Positions 1 to 45,280 of a stretch of 64,000 nt of DNA are shown here, in pieces. Below the pieces are notes generated by a model. It made no database searches, was not told the DNA's origin, and saw nothing but the letters and a program-made list of their open reading frames with translations. Every line of letters starts with the position of its first letter. Within the stretch, counting starts at the first letter, position 1. The DNA is taken from the NCBI RefSeq assembly GCF_009914755.1, contig NC_060926.1; one strand, 5' to 3'. Position numbers and translations under genes: made by a program. This stretch comes from the human T2T-CHM13v2.0 reference genome, Homo sapiens.

Positions 1-215
1 AGATAAGTCCATTTTCCATGCTTTCAAAAATTCAAGTGTATCAATCCCTCTCCTCCCTGTACTATCCCCAAGTCTAGTATACCATTGTATATATCTCACT
101 GCATTTAAATGTTTGGTAATTTGCCTGTCGTTGTCATCAGCCTAAAAGCTTCCTAACACTTGAAAAAAATGCATGGCACATATTAGGTGCTCAAATTTTA
201 TTTGTTAATTGAAGA
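1..215 (+). mobile_element. L2 LINE 3' end relic
   Basis: atggcacatattaggtgctcaaattttatttgttaattgaa resembles the L2 3' terminus. Confidence 0.55.
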
Positions 216-949
216 ACTCTCTCTTTAAATCATGATGTCTACCAGTTGTCTTCTACCACTCTTATGAGCCAAATTTTGTCCATCAATGACCTTCTGAAAA
301 TCCAGTCCTTGCATGGGAGGTTTTTATCCCCATGTTGAGTCCTGCTACATCTGAGCAAGTGCTTTTTCAAGTTGCTTCCTGCTGATCCAATCTGCCAGGG
401 ATATTTAATTGGCCATGTGCCTATTCCCCTGGTACTCTTTAAAGTAAGCTATTGTATCACCAACTCTGGTGATGGAATTATTTTTTATCTCACAGGGTAT
501 TTTTTTTAAGTTACAGAAGTAAACTTATTATCAACAATATAATTAACAGCAATGTTATTGGAATTTCTTCCACTAATATTTTATTGTTACTTCTTCATAT
601 TTTAAGTCCTAGACGTAAAATGTGTTTTCAACAGCACTAACGCATTTTAAAGTTTATTGTATTTATTATTTTCTCTTACTTAGGTAGTAAAAGTTATCCT
701 TAACAGTATTATTAAAATTTCCAAAAACTAATGGCCTCACTAGATTTGTTTGTATTTTAAAGTCGTAACTATAAAATGAATTCACCATTTATTGAATTGG
801 CAAAGATATCACATTTCTGTGAACATCGAATAAAGTAAATAAGGTCTCCCTCTAATCACATAAATGTCTACAAAATAGCTGTGTTTTTGCTTTTTCTGCC
901 CAAAGGAAAACTAAATGCTGAATGGGCTCAGCATTTCAAGTCAAACTGA

Positions 950-1095
950 GCCAGCCAGTTTGTGTCCTCTTCTGTAATCTACTACCTGTGTGGTTGTGAT
1001 GCACAGGATGTCATTCCTGACCCTCAGATTTTCCTGTCAAAATAACCTGTAGCAGCCTTTGTCATACACGGCACATATTAGGCACTCAATAACTG
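950..1095 (+). mobile_element. MIR fragment
   Basis: ccctcagattttcctgtcaaaat...ggcacatattaggcactcaataact resembles the MIR core and 3' end. Confidence 0.5.
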
Positions 1096-1109
1096 CATTT
1101 TCTTTTTTT

Positions 1110-32141
<31,032 letters not shown>

Positions 32142-32429
32142 TAGACATATTACATAATCACAAATGATAGCTTTAAAAAAAGAAGAAGGAAGTAGGTATT
32201 GATTGTCTACCATTGTATTAGCCATGATACGAGAAACTTTTTTGTTATCTTTAAGGAAAACTTTTTCAAACCATTATTATCAGCCATAATTTTTACCTGT
32301 TAGAAATCTGAGACTTTGAGAAGCTGAACAACTAGATTAATGCTGCACAGTAACTGAAATAAGTAGGATTCAAACAGAGTTGGAAAGAAAACCTGTGCTC
32401 TGTTCAATACATTAAGCCCATTGAGCTAA

Positions 32430-32930
32430 ATAACTAGTAAGTGTTTAATAAGTGTGTTTCAAAAGTAAAAGAAAAAGAGTAAGAATGAGACAGAAGTGAA
32501 GAAATCCACCTGGGGGAAGTGTGGAGATTAAAGATGTGTAGGGTTTGGATGCATGAGGAAGCGAAAATGCAGGGCCTGGAAAGAGTCACAAAGAGTCCCC
32601 CAAACAGCGGAGTACAGACCAGTCTGATCAGGAAAGAGACACAGTGGGAAACAAATAAGACCTCACCTGGTAGGGTGAAATAGTGAGCAGGGAGTGTACA
32701 TCGCACCTGATAGGAAGAAGAACGGATCAGTATAAAAGTGTGGTTTCAGTAAAAGAGAGCAATTTAGGGTGGGGGCAGGTTGTCCAGGCCTGAATTTAGT
32801 TAACTACGGTGAGAAAGGAGTACTTGGTTCCCTGAGGGATTGCTTCTCAGATTTGGATGATGGACAGATGTGAGAGAAGGAGAGAGAAATGACTTGCAAA
32901 ATTCAAACTGGGGTGATTGCTAGAACCTGG
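32430..32930 (-). mobile_element. L2 LINE fragment (antisense, purine-rich)
   Basis: Purine-rich antisense L2-like text, e.g. gatttggatgatggacagatgtgagagaaggagagagaaatgacttg. Confidence 0.45.
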
Positions 32931-33791
32931 TAAGCTACATGGCAAAGAAGCTTGCAGTCGTGATCTCATCACTTATTAGTTTTTATCACTTTGAACCTCA
33001 GTTTTAATGTCATGAATATGGGGTTGCCAGGCAAATTCAGTGAAATAAAATATGTAAAGAACCTAGTCCACAGTAGCTTTCCAATAACTGTGAGTTTATA
33101 TCCCTGGGTGAATGGCAGTGTTTTTCAAAAGGAAAAGAAAGCACAGGTGACTGGAATGATTGAGTTTACCTTGGGAGCTCTAACGTTTTCCTGGAGAGAC
33201 CCCACACACATTTATAGAAATAAATTTGATCTGGACCCTGAAATAGGTCAGAGGTCCTCAATCCATGAAATCAGATAACAAGCTCTGTGCCCTGAGATTC
33301 TTAGGTAAAAACGGCTAGGAGCTGTCGGTGCCTGTGATAGTGCAGATGGCTTCTGCTGAGCCAGCTGGCTGAATTGAAAACCCCAAGTAGGTCAAATACA
33401 CATTACCTGAAATTTCTGGGGAATGTGGAGCCTTCTGCTTTGCATAAGGCAGGTCCTCGGCTTCTGTGCCTTCTTTGTGTCGATCTGGGCTGGTGCACTT
33501 TTGAACTCAGAGGAATGGTAATTCTCCACACCACTTCTGGTGGCCCCTATCTTTTTATCGTATTATCCTTTCTGAGTACCCTTCCTTTTTCCTTTAACTC
33601 TACAATCTCTTTCTGGGCTTTAGAACTGTCCTGTTACAAGGTTATCTTACATTATACCCATTATACAAGGGGATAAACTAAGAGACAGAAAGGTTAAGGG
33701 ATTTATTTGGGATAGCCTATTAGAGTAAAGCCAGAGTTACATTTCTGTGGGGAAGATGAGGTCTTAAAAAGACGATAGCCATCAAGTAGTC

Positions 33792-33984
33792 CAGGGGTTG
33801 GCAAACTTTGTAAAGGATTGGATAGTAAATATTTTAGGCTTTGTAGGCTACATATCATCCCCATTACTGTTGTTGCTGCTGCTTTTCCTCCTCCACCTTT
33901 AAAAGAGTAAACAAACATTCTCAGCCCGCAGGCTGTACACATATAGTCCATGGGCCAAATTTGGACCAAAGTTTGCCAACCCTG
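33792..33984. mobile_element. MER58 (hAT-Charlie MITE)
   Basis: TIRs caggggttggcaaact ... agtttgccaaccctg; internal gatagtaaatattttaggctttgtaggc. Confidence 0.9.
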
Positions 33985-34659
33985 AAGTACTTTAATCCTT
34001 TCAATGTATAGATGAGGTGACAAAAAGACAGATGAGTTTAGTGAGGCACCCAGGTGTCACCAAGTCTAGAGAGTGGTGGAGCTGGGCTAGACCTCAAGTT
34101 TCCTCAACATTTTTCTCTTTGCCGTAGTTCAATTTCTCAGACACTTGCCAATTGTAGGAAGTAGTTATTTACCTATTTAAATTCCAAAATGGGCCATTTG
34201 AAAGGCCATGGAGACTGAGGTACCAAAGTTGGTCTCCTCACCTCTGTATCTATGCTTGTCTCTTGCTTTTTAATGTAATTTTCACTGCCTAAGTCCAAAG
34301 ATTGTTTGAGGTGGTGTAAAAAAGTACAAATAGTTCACAATAATAAATACATGATAAAAATCACGTGATACAAACAATGAAACAGGGAAATAGTAATGCT
34401 AACAGAAAGATTAGCAGTAAGTATTGAACTTTGCCTCTGGCTTCCTGATGCCTATAACAAAGAGAAGTTCATGGTCAGTCACAAAAGTCAGCGTTCACAC
34501 ATTTAAAATGAATCAGTTGTTTGTTGGAGCACATATTTTGTGATTTTAAGAACAAGTAGTCATTTCTCCAGGGGCTCTGTGTGAACAGTGCACTATATAA
34601 AGCCATGTTCAGGTTTTATGTCTCACAATTAGTACATATCAGGCTGCACTGTTTATTGG

Positions 34660-34885
34660 TTAGACCATGGCTTGTGGAGCTGACAACCTGTGTTGGAATC
34701 TCATTCTGGTACATTCTTGCAATATGAAATTGGCAAGTCCTTTGGCTTTTCTTATCCTCCATGTCCTTATCTGTGAAATGGGAACTAAGAATAGCTACCT
34801 GAGAGCTTGTGGTGAGGAATGGTAAATATACATAAAGCCTCTAGAAGAGACTGGCACATGATCAATTCAATGAGCAGTTACTATT
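34660..34885 (+). mobile_element. MIR
   Basis: ccttatctgtgaaatgggaactaagaatagctacctgagagcttgtggtgagg. Confidence 0.75.
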
Positions 34886-35966
34886 ATGATTGCTGCCTGT
34901 AGATTCTTGACTTGCATTTTGAAGGAGTGATGATTGTTAAAGCACAGACAACTCAGAACTGATTTGCTATTAGATGAATGCTTAATGATTCTTGGTAAAT
35001 GCCTGAATATGAATGATTTGATGCTAGATGTTTCAAGTTTATGTATGAGACGATGGGATCTTATTTTTTTAGGAGGAATGGGCACCCATAGTCATATTAA
35101 AAAATAAAGCACATTTGATGTTGTTAAGGTAAAGCCCAACAAAGCCACAGCTGATATTTCATCTTGCAAATCTCGACCTTGAACTTATTTGTTCACTCTC
35201 TCTAATCTTCATACTTGGGTATAAGATAGAGAAAATACTCATGGAATAAGGACAACAATAATAAAAGCATTGCATTTGCATGTCAGCTTGATAGAGGTGA
35301 AAATAAAGAAGCTTATTTCAACTCAGTATTATCTTGCATGATTTGTATTAATGATATCGCAGCCTCAGTGTTTAAAGCCAAGTTTGGAAATTTGCAGATG
35401 CTACTAAATTATGAGAAAACAACAAATAATGAGGCACAACGTATTCTGATGGAGGAGAAATTTGCTCATTTGGGCACCTCAGGCTAATAGAGAGCTAATG
35501 GATGGCAAATACAGTTTGTTTAGATAAATGTCGAATAATGAGTTTTGAAACACAGACTAAAGGGAGGGAATGCCTAATGAACTGAAAGTGCTTTAGCACA
35601 ATAAATCAAAGAATGTTGGTGTGTGAATAAAGGGGATGGTCTAAACGTGCAAACTCAAATTGTTTTTTCTTTTCAGCAAAGGGCAGAAATGGTCACCAGA
35701 AGTAAATAACACTTTTAACATGCAGTAATCAGCATTTCAGAGTGCAGAAATAGGAGGAACTTTGAAATCTGTCCTATGTGCATTTAATTTCTGCTCCTTT
35801 TCCAAAATTATACGATTTGGAGTAATTCTGTTGATCTACCTGAACTCCATTTTCTTCATCTGAAAATGAGAATAGTAGTATTTGTCAGGGCTATTGATAT
35901 GGTGTTGTCAGGTGAACTGCATAAGGGTCTCTGGGCTGAGAGGCCATCACCCACATTGCAAATGTC

Positions 35967-36052
35967 ATAGATTTGTCTAATACATTTATAGATTTGTCTA
36001 ATACATATATATGTCTAATACATTTATAAAATACATTTGTCTAATACATTTA
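35967..36052 (+). repeat. Imperfect tandem repeat, 4 copies of core TGTCTAATACAT
   Basis: atagatttgtctaatacattt atagatttgtctaatacat atatatgtctaatacatttataaaatac atttgtctaatacattta. Confidence 0.9.
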
Positions 36053-36485
36053 AGCACCATGCTCTTTATAGATAGACTCAAAGTTTCATGTTTGTTCATT
36101 TTGTTTGTTTTAATCAATATATACATAATAAAAACACTGCTGTATAGAGGCAAAATATGTTGAGGAAGGGGTACTTTTTTTCTTTTCTAAATTGCTAAAG
36201 GCACAACAGCAACTGGTGTGGGGGCTAAAGATTTCCTGGTTGGAGGCATGCACAGCCCCAGGGGGATGAGTTTTTGGGTGAGATGGGCACCAGCTGTGAA
36301 GGCACCTCTCTCCAGATTGGTGCTGCTCACTGATAAGAGATGACTGCTTTGCCAGGGGTCAGTGTGAGACTATGGAACAGTACAGGGAAAATCAAAACAC
36401 TGGGAGCCACAGAAAGAATCCACCATGGTGGGCACTGCTGCCCTCAGTGCTCCTGTAGGATTTTACCTTTAAAAAGCTGCACTGC

Positions 36486-37010
36486 GTGTGTCTTTATAGT
36501 AGAATGATTTACAATCCCTTGGGTAAGACACATGCACACTTATGTTTATTGCAGCACTAGTACAATAGCAAAGACTTGGAATCAACCCAAATGTCCATCA
36601 ATGATAGACTGGATAAAGAAAATGTGGCACACATACACCATGGAATACCATGCAGCCATGAAAAAGGATGAGTTCATGTCCTTTGCAGGGACATGGATGA
36701 AGCTGGAAACCATCCTTCTCAGCAAACTAACACATGAACAGAAAGCCAAGCACTGCATGTTCTCAGTCATAAGCGGGAGTTGAACAACGAGAACACATGG
36801 ACATGAGGAGGGAAACATCACACACTGGGGCCTGTCATGGGGTGACGGGCTAGGGGAGGGAGAGCATTAGGACAAATATCTAATGCATGCGGGTCTTAAA
36901 AGCTAGATGACAGGTTGATAGGTGCAGCAAACCACCATGGCAGATGTATACCTATGTAACAAAGCTGCACATTCTGCACATGTATCCCAGAACTTAAAGT
37001 TAAAAAAAAA
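36486..37010 (+). mobile_element. 5'-truncated, 5'-inverted L1PA (L1PA7/8-like) 3' end
   Basis: ORF2 C-terminus (TWNQPKCPSMIDWIKKMWH...) plus L1PA 3'UTR; 15-bp TSD aaaaagctgcactgc at 36471-36485 and 37006-37020; TT/AAAA target; 36486-36525 inverted. Confidence 0.95.
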
Positions 37011-37299
37011 GCTGCACTGCAATTGCCAATTTCCTTATCTGGCTCTTTCCCTTTCCTGTGAGCTCCTTGGAAGGCTGGAAGCTAACCCTACTATCCCTCC
37101 TTCCACAGGAAAGTTCCTGAAGCCTGTGTGACACTTGGTACATTGTTTCTGAAAAAGTGAGGAATGAGTCTCTCTTCTGTTGCCTCCCATGGAGGTCAGT
37201 GTCATATTTCTAGGCTTAGTTATTTTAAATTGCCTTGATTTTTTTATTTTAATATGCATCTTTTTTTTTCTTCTATTCTGAATTTTTGGTTTGTGTCAG

Positions 37300-37520
37300 C
37301 CAACATTTATTGAATGCACAATGTATGACAATCATTTTCATGCTTTATTTTAATCTTTAGTTAATCTTTAACACTCTTATGAGATAAACATCGTTAGCCC
37401 CATTTTCTAGATGAATAAGTTGAGGCTTAGATAGAAAAATAGTAAATTGCTCAACATTGCATAGTGAGCAGATTGCAGAGGAGAGATTCAAAACTAAGTC
37501 CCCCTGTCTTCAAACTGCTC
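37300..37520 (-). mobile_element. MIR
   Basis: cccattttctagatgaataagttgaggcttagatag... Confidence 0.7.
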
Positions 37521-38181
37521 TTAAAGATTTTTCTCAGTGGGTCCCTGAACATTCTTTCCCGTGCTATTCTCAAAAGTTATTGTAATATTTTCTTATTTTG
37601 CTCGACATACACAAACATGAAGTAATTACACCCCACTATTGCCTCATGTAGCTCCAAACATTCCAGTATCCTTGCCCTGTAAGTAAATCAACATTCACTA
37701 TTTGTCTTTAGTTCCCATTTGTGCTTAGATGAATAACCTACTCTATTAGCCTGAATTTTTTTCATATTTTATATCTATTTTTCAAATCTCATTTATAGAA
37801 ACATATGGGAGCCCTGCTGAAAGGATTATAGAAAAATCCCTTTGGGCAAGAGGTGTGCATGAAAAAATACAGTTTTATTTCATCACTCTCATGCAAAAAT
37901 TTTCAATAGCTCCTTCTTGCCAATTTAATCAACTCAATTGCTGGCAACTTAGTTTCCATTCTTTAGGGGACTAGACATTCATTTCTAAATGCACTTCCTT
38001 CATATTCTATGACACAAACTCCCTCACATGACCTTCACATGTCTAGCTCCCCAAGTAGCCTGTATGCTCTTCACAGATAGGAGGCATATCATATATATTC
38101 CAATGAACTATTTGGGGAACTGTATTCCCTAGCTCTGGGAAAATTGTTTTCCTCTCTGTGGCCCAGAGAAGCCAAATCTTC

Positions 38182-38507
<326 letters not shown>

Positions 38508-39162
38508 TAACGTACTATTTTCTTTGTTGAACTGGACCATCTACTCATCTGCCATCCAAACATGACCTATTCCTAGTAATAACTCGAATTTGGGTATTCT
38601 TTTAGAGCTTGGAAAGCATGTTTACATATATTATCTCCTCAGATTCTCACCGTATCCCTATGAGAAAAATATTTTAAGCATTTTTATTTTTCAGATGAGA
38701 AAGGTAGAGGTTACCTGATGTGTCCAGGGACTGCCAAACTAATGAAGGCTTTGGATGGGATCCTGACACAGACGTTGTGATTCTAAAGTCCACATTCTAA
38801 AGCACTGTCACACTATCCTACCCCAATTCCATCCACCACAGAGATGTTGCTTTCTAATCGTCCTCTCAACCTCTATACACTTTGATAGCATCAAGAAGTT
38901 TTTATCATATTAACAACCAAATAAATGCACAAAGTGAAACAGTATGCATATTCTGAAAATACAGATTAAGACAAATCTTTTCCTCTCCCATTCCCCTCGC
39001 CACTCTCACCTTGGAACCAAGCCCCACTGTAAGGACATGCTGGCGCCCCAGAGCCTGTGTGGTCCTTAGCATGCACCACCTTGCAGGAATGAGCTGGCCC
39101 TTTGTCCATTGTTTCCCTATGCTCTACTTGAAGAACAGTAAAGACAGCCTCTGAAGCACATT

Positions 39163-39929
<767 letters not shown>

Positions 39930-39984
39930 TACTCACAGTGCGGGTGGAAGGATCAACACAACTTAGGACATAACAGCTAATTGC

Positions 39985-40200
39985 TTTACTGAACATATAC
40001 TATGGGCTAGAGATGGTTCTGATGATATTACGTGTAGTAAATCATAATCCTGAAGACAACCCTAAGAAGTAGTGTCCCATTATTTCCCCCATTTTACAGA
40101 TGAGGAAACTGAGGCACAGGTAAAAAAAATTCCAGGGGCACAACTAGTGTTAGATTTGGGTTATATCTTCAGGCAAGCCCACCAGAGCCTGAGCCGTACT
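39985..40200 (-). mobile_element. MIR
   Basis: Near-consensus core ccccattttacagatgaggaaactgaggcacag. Confidence 0.85.
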
Positions 40201-40479
40201 CTCTGTGTCTGGCGTTGAGAAAAAACAAACAAACAAACAAACAACTGATAAGATGTCAGCTTGAGAAATGGCGTAGAGCTTCAGTCTGACTTTATGCCTC
40301 TGGGAAACATCAGAAAGGGGGATAAAGTGTCAGGAACTCCACTGCAGTGATATCACCTACATGAGGAAATTGATCCTGTGGACGCAGCATCACTTACCAG
40401 CCTGAAGACACTGCACCAACTGCCTGATTAACAGCAATAATGATAATAATACTAACATCCACCATTTATTGACAAATTC

Positions 40480-40985
40480 CTATTACTGTCAATGTCTCCC
40501 TATTGTTATAAATTAAGCCCAAGCTCCTTTGTGCAGTGCTCAAGGACCTTCGTAACACAAGATCTGCCTATTTCTTCAGACTCATGCCGCATATATCCAT
40601 CCTCACACTGTAAGCTCCAGTGATATTGATGGGTTCATTGCTCCTCTGCACCCTTCAATTTCAGGGCTTCACTTACACTCTTCTCCCATCTTGAACGTCC
40701 TTTATGCTCTCTACACCTACGCAACTCTTTCAGCCTTGATTCAACTATTCCCATATCCAGGAAGACTCCGCATAGCACACAGCTTAGGTGAAATACCACT
40801 CCTCTGGGTCTCTAGAGCAGGAAGGGTTTACATCTGTCTTCATATTTACTGACTATAATAACTACCTCAGTTTGTACATCTAACATTCACCAAGTATTGA
40901 AATTCTGAGGGCAAAATCTGTCATATTCACCTGTACCCTATTGTCCAGCACAGCACCTGCACAGGCTGTGTCAAAAAGTGACAGT
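40480..40985 (+). mobile_element. L2 LINE 3' fragment
   Basis: aagcccaagctcctt...tgagggcaaaatctgtcatattcacctgtaccct...cagcacagcacctgcac. Confidence 0.6.
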
Positions 40986-41073
40986 TGGCATTGTGTATCA
41001 GACCCTGGGTATGGCACCTTGAATCCAGTTCTAATCTCAGTATAACCTACGAGTTTGAGATTATCGAGCCGTA

Positions 41074-41490
41074 TGTACTAGTTCATTCTCGCATTGCCAT
41101 AAAGAAATATCTGAAACTGGGCAATTTATGAAGAAAAGAGGTTTGATTGGCTCACAGTTCTGCAGGCTGTATAGGAAGAATGGCAGCATCTGCTTCCAGT
41201 GAGACCTAAGGGAGCTTTTACTCATGGAGGGAGGCAGAAGAGGGGCAGGCACCTTACGTGGCAGGAACAGGACCAAGAGAACAAGGCAGGGGGCAGGGGG
41301 TGCCACACACTTTTCAAAAACCAGATCTCATGAAAACTCTATCACAAGAACAGGACCAAATGGTTGGTGCTAAGTCATTAATGAGACCTCCATCCATCTG
41401 ATCCAATCACTTCCCACAAAGCCCACTTCCAACACTGGAGATGACAGTTTGACATGAGATTAGGTGGGGACATAGATCCAAACCATATCA
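41074..41490 (-). mobile_element. MST (MaLR) solo LTR, copy 1
   Basis: tgtactagttcattctcgcattgccataaagaaata...gtggggacatagatccaaaccatatca (TG...CA ends). Confidence 0.92.
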
Positions 41491-41491
41491 C

Positions 41492-41878
41492 TGTATTAGG
41501 TCATTTTTGCATTGCTATAAAGAAATAACTGAGACTGGGTAATTTATAAGAAAAGAAGTTTAATTTTTCTCACCGTTATGCAGCTTCTGCTTTTGGGGAG
41601 GCCTCAGGAAGCTTCCAATCATGGTGGAAGGAAAAGCAGGAGCAGGCACTTCACATGGCAAAAACAGGGATACGAGGGGCGGAGGGGCGACACATTTTTA
41701 AACAACCAGAGCACATGATAAGTCACTATCTCAGGGACAGCACCAAGAAGATGGTGCTAAACTGCTCATGAGAGTTCACCCCTGTGACTCAAACTCCTCC
41801 CACAAGGCTCTACCTCCAACATTGAGGACTACAATTCAACATGGCATTTGGGCGAGGACAAATATACAAACTATATCA
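41492..41878 (-). mobile_element. MST (MaLR) solo LTR, copy 2
   Basis: tgtattaggtcatttttgcattgctataaagaaata...ggacaaatatacaaactatatca. Confidence 0.92.
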
Positions 41879-42077
41879 CAAACCTACTTTGCTTGTGAAA
41901 AAATATGAGCTCAGAAAAATAAAGTAATATACTCAAAACTGCATATAATAACTAATACGTATAATAAGAAGTGTTCAATTCAGGATTCAAATCTAGCATT
42001 GTTCAGAGTCTGGAATTTTTTTTCTAGGTCTGTATTCTCTATCACACTAACTGTCTCCTTAAGAATAAAGTAAAGTT

Positions 42078-42379
42078 GGCTGAGCACAGTGGCTCACGCT
42101 CATAATTCCCGAACTTTGGGAGGTTGAGGCAGGTGGATCATTTGAGGCCAGAAGTTTGAGACCAGCCTAGCCAACATAGCAAAGCCTCGTCTCTACAAAA
42201 ATACAAAAATTAGCCAGGCATGGTGGCATGTGCCTGTAATCCCAGCTACTGGGGAGGCTGAGGCACTAGAATCATTTGAACCTGGGAGGCAGAGATTGCA
42301 GTGAACTGAGATCACACCACTGTACTACAGCCTGGGCAAAAAAGTGAGACTCTGTCTCAAAAAAAAAAAAAAAAAAAAA
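42078..42379 (+). mobile_element. Alu (AluJ/S), full length
   Basis: A-tail; TSD aagaataa(ag/ga)taaagtt. Confidence 0.96.
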
Positions 42380-44229
42380 GAATAAGATAAAGTTGATGTT
42401 TGGGAAACTGAGCAGAAAAAGCAACAATCAAGATTCTCAATTCTTAATTCATGATTCCTGAATCGATGCACTTGAAAAAGAGAAAAAAGGATCAGCTTTG
42501 GGAATGTGTTAAACACTCACTTCTGAACACCCATGGTTTATCTAGAAAGTGAAAGGACCCATAGAACTTGGTCAACCCTTGATCACGACAGATATTGAGG
42601 AGATACGCGAATGCTTGGAAGATTCACAATAATCATGTTGCTCAGGAACATGAAAATAATTATAGGTGACATTTTTAATCACTTACATAAGATGTAGATG
42701 GCTTTATGTGATTTACTATATAATATATTCCTTATAACAAAATATGCCATCATCATTTTTAGATGAAAAAGCTAAGATAAATTAAATAATTTCTGCAAGT
42801 TTGTCTTCTGCTCACTAAGTAGAAGACCTCAGACTCAAGCCCAGTCTGATTTCAGATCCCACGCTCATTAATAAGAATCCTTCCTTGTCTGGCTACTGTT
42901 GACCTCTAATTAGGTGCTCACCTACATTAACCTGGAGGAACAAAGCTGGAAACGGGCACAAGAATCCTAGGCAAGAGTAGGGAAGGGACGGTGCAACCAG
43001 ACAAGGCAGGCATATTTGAAGGTGGTTTAGGAATTTACATCACGAATCCCAAACATCCATGGAGACCTCCTTTTAACACATGACTTGGCCCAGAGGTAGG
43101 CAGTAAAGAGCAAGTTCAGATAAGGCTTTTTCCCTGCTTATAAAAAACATCTGCAAGTTAAAAGTTGAAAAGTTATTTATTTCAGCTATTCACTCACTTC
43201 AGCCCCAATCAGCACATGCCTCAGAATATCTGGAGACTGTGCTAATACACTCTTGACATTTGGACTAAGACAGAGACTGCAATTCAATGTTAACAACCTG
43301 GGGTACCTAAATGGCCATTCCACATTGATCACTTATTTCAGGCATTTCTCCAAATAGAAAAGGTTGATTTTATCAGACATTCACTCTTCTTAATGTGGAT
43401 CAGTAGTTCTGTCTCATACCAGCCGTAGCCGCCTGGTGCCTGACTTGCCCCTCTCACAGGCTGGTGGGGTTGCTGACAGCGTATCACTGATTTTCCACAA
43501 CCAGCTCCAGAGACACTTGCCCACACATCTTCTAGGAACCATTGCAGATGTGGCTCTATGACCTCCCCATAAACTGAACTCCTAAATGCTGAGGCTTCCA
43601 GATTCCCTCCACCACCCCCTGAACCAGAATTAAATATTAAAGAAGTAAAATACATTGTATTTTTTAAAGCAACCTTTGCGTTGTCCTTTGCAAATATTAA
43701 AAGCAATGCCACTGGCACAGGAACTAATCCAAGTCCCTGGGGCCACTTTTCAAAGAAAGAAAAGAGTAATAGTAAGTAAACCTCTAAATGAAATAAAGGA
43801 AGAAACTCCAGCTAAAATTGCTGAATAATAAAATAAAGACATGTAAATCATCCTCGGGGGATAATTTTCTCCTCGATCCTGGCTGATTTTGCAGATGAAA
43901 GGAACACAGCGCCAGAAGTTCAGCGACCAGGCTCTTCATCCCACTCTGCCCATTCATTGGCTTTGTAGCCTCACTTCAGGCAAGTCACTCAATCTCTTTG
44001 GAGCTCAGTTTATGCTTCTGCTGTAGAGAAATGATAACACCAACAGAAGTCACAGAGGCGGACCTGGAAGCAATGAGAAAGCTAACTATTTTCTGCCTTT
44101 CTCTCTGCCCTCATCACATAAATTCAAATAAGCCCCGTGCTCCAGTTCCAATAAAGGAGTCTCCTCCTCCCGGGAAAGCTGGTTTCTCCATCTGCGCTTG
44201 TGAACCCACCTCCCGTTCCTGTGGGGGCA

Positions 44230-44378
44230 TCTGGCCTGAGCTTCGGTCTATATCTATGAAGTGGGATTAAAAATAATGCCTGCCTCACAGCGATGTTGTG
44301 AGGATAAATGAGCTGAATCAGGTAAAGCACTTAAGACAGTGGTTGGTACATGCAAAGTACACAATAAATATTAGCTCT
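44230..44378 (+). mobile_element. MIR
   Basis: gcctcacagcgatgttgtgaggataaatgag...aaagcacttaagacagtgg...caataaatattagct. Confidence 0.8.
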
Positions 44379-44462
44379 TCTTATGTGTGGCTCTTATTTA
44401 TCCACATATAAGAAATTTTCAAGTGTCTTTCATCTGAAATACCTGAATATCTAAACATAGTT

Positions 44463-45279
44463 CAGTCATGCACCACATCACAACATTACAGCGAATGGAC
44501 CACATATACAACGGTGTTTCTGCAAGATTATAACAGAGCTGGAAAATTCCTCCTGCCTAATGACATCTTGATGATCCTAACCCGTGTGTGTGTTTGTATC
44601 TTAGTTTGTAACAAGAATGTTTCAAAAGTTAAAAAAAATTAACAGTTAGTTAAAAATAGAAAAAAGTCTTACAAAATAAGAATTATAAAATATTTTGTAT
44701 AGTGGGGCAATGTGTCTGTGTTTTAAGCTCAGTGCCGTTACAAAAGAATCAAAAAGTGAAATAAAATTAAAAACTGTGTAAAGTAAACATGTTATAGTAA
44801 GCTGCAGTTAATTTATGATTGAAGAATAATTTTTTAAAATAAGTGTAGGGTAGGCTAAGTGTACAGTGTTTATAAGGCCTACAGCAGTGTAGAGTGATGT
44901 CCTAGGCCTTCACATTCACTCTCCCATCACTCACTGAGTCACCGAGAGCAACTTCTAGCCCTATAAGCTCCATTCATGGTAAATGCCCAATACAAGTGTA
45001 CCATTTTTTATTTTATGCTCTATTGTTACTATACCTTTTCCATGTTTAGCTATGTTAAAATACACAAATGCCATTGTGTTACAATTGACTATAGTATTCA
45101 GTCCAGCAACATGGTGTATAGGTTTGTAGCCTAGGAGCAATAAGCTGTGCCATAAAGCCTAGGTCTGTAGTAGGCTATACTGTCTAGATGCGTGTAAGGA
45201 CACACTGATGTTCAATTACAAAATCACCTAATGTCACACTTCTTAGAACAGATCTCCGTTGTTAAGTGAGGCATGACTG
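44463..45279. mobile_element. Tigger3 (MER7B/Tigger3b-like) DNA transposon
   Basis: TIRs cagtcatgcaccacat ... gttaagtgaggcatgactg followed by TA; internal cctaggccttcacattcactc. Confidence 0.9.
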
Positions 45280-45280
45280 T

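Noticed and set aside
35967-36052. Spaced direct repeats as a CRISPR-like array
   Set aside because: Eukaryotic context, very short AT-rich non-unique spacers, no cas genes; ordinary slippage repeat.
36532-36783. 83-aa ORF with strong protein-like sequence
   Set aside because: C-terminus of L1 ORF2p in a truncated L1PA.
43338-43718. 126-aa minus-strand ORF in unique-looking sequence
   Set aside because: Non-ATG start, no recognisable motif and no convincing flanking splice pair; length is compatible with chance.
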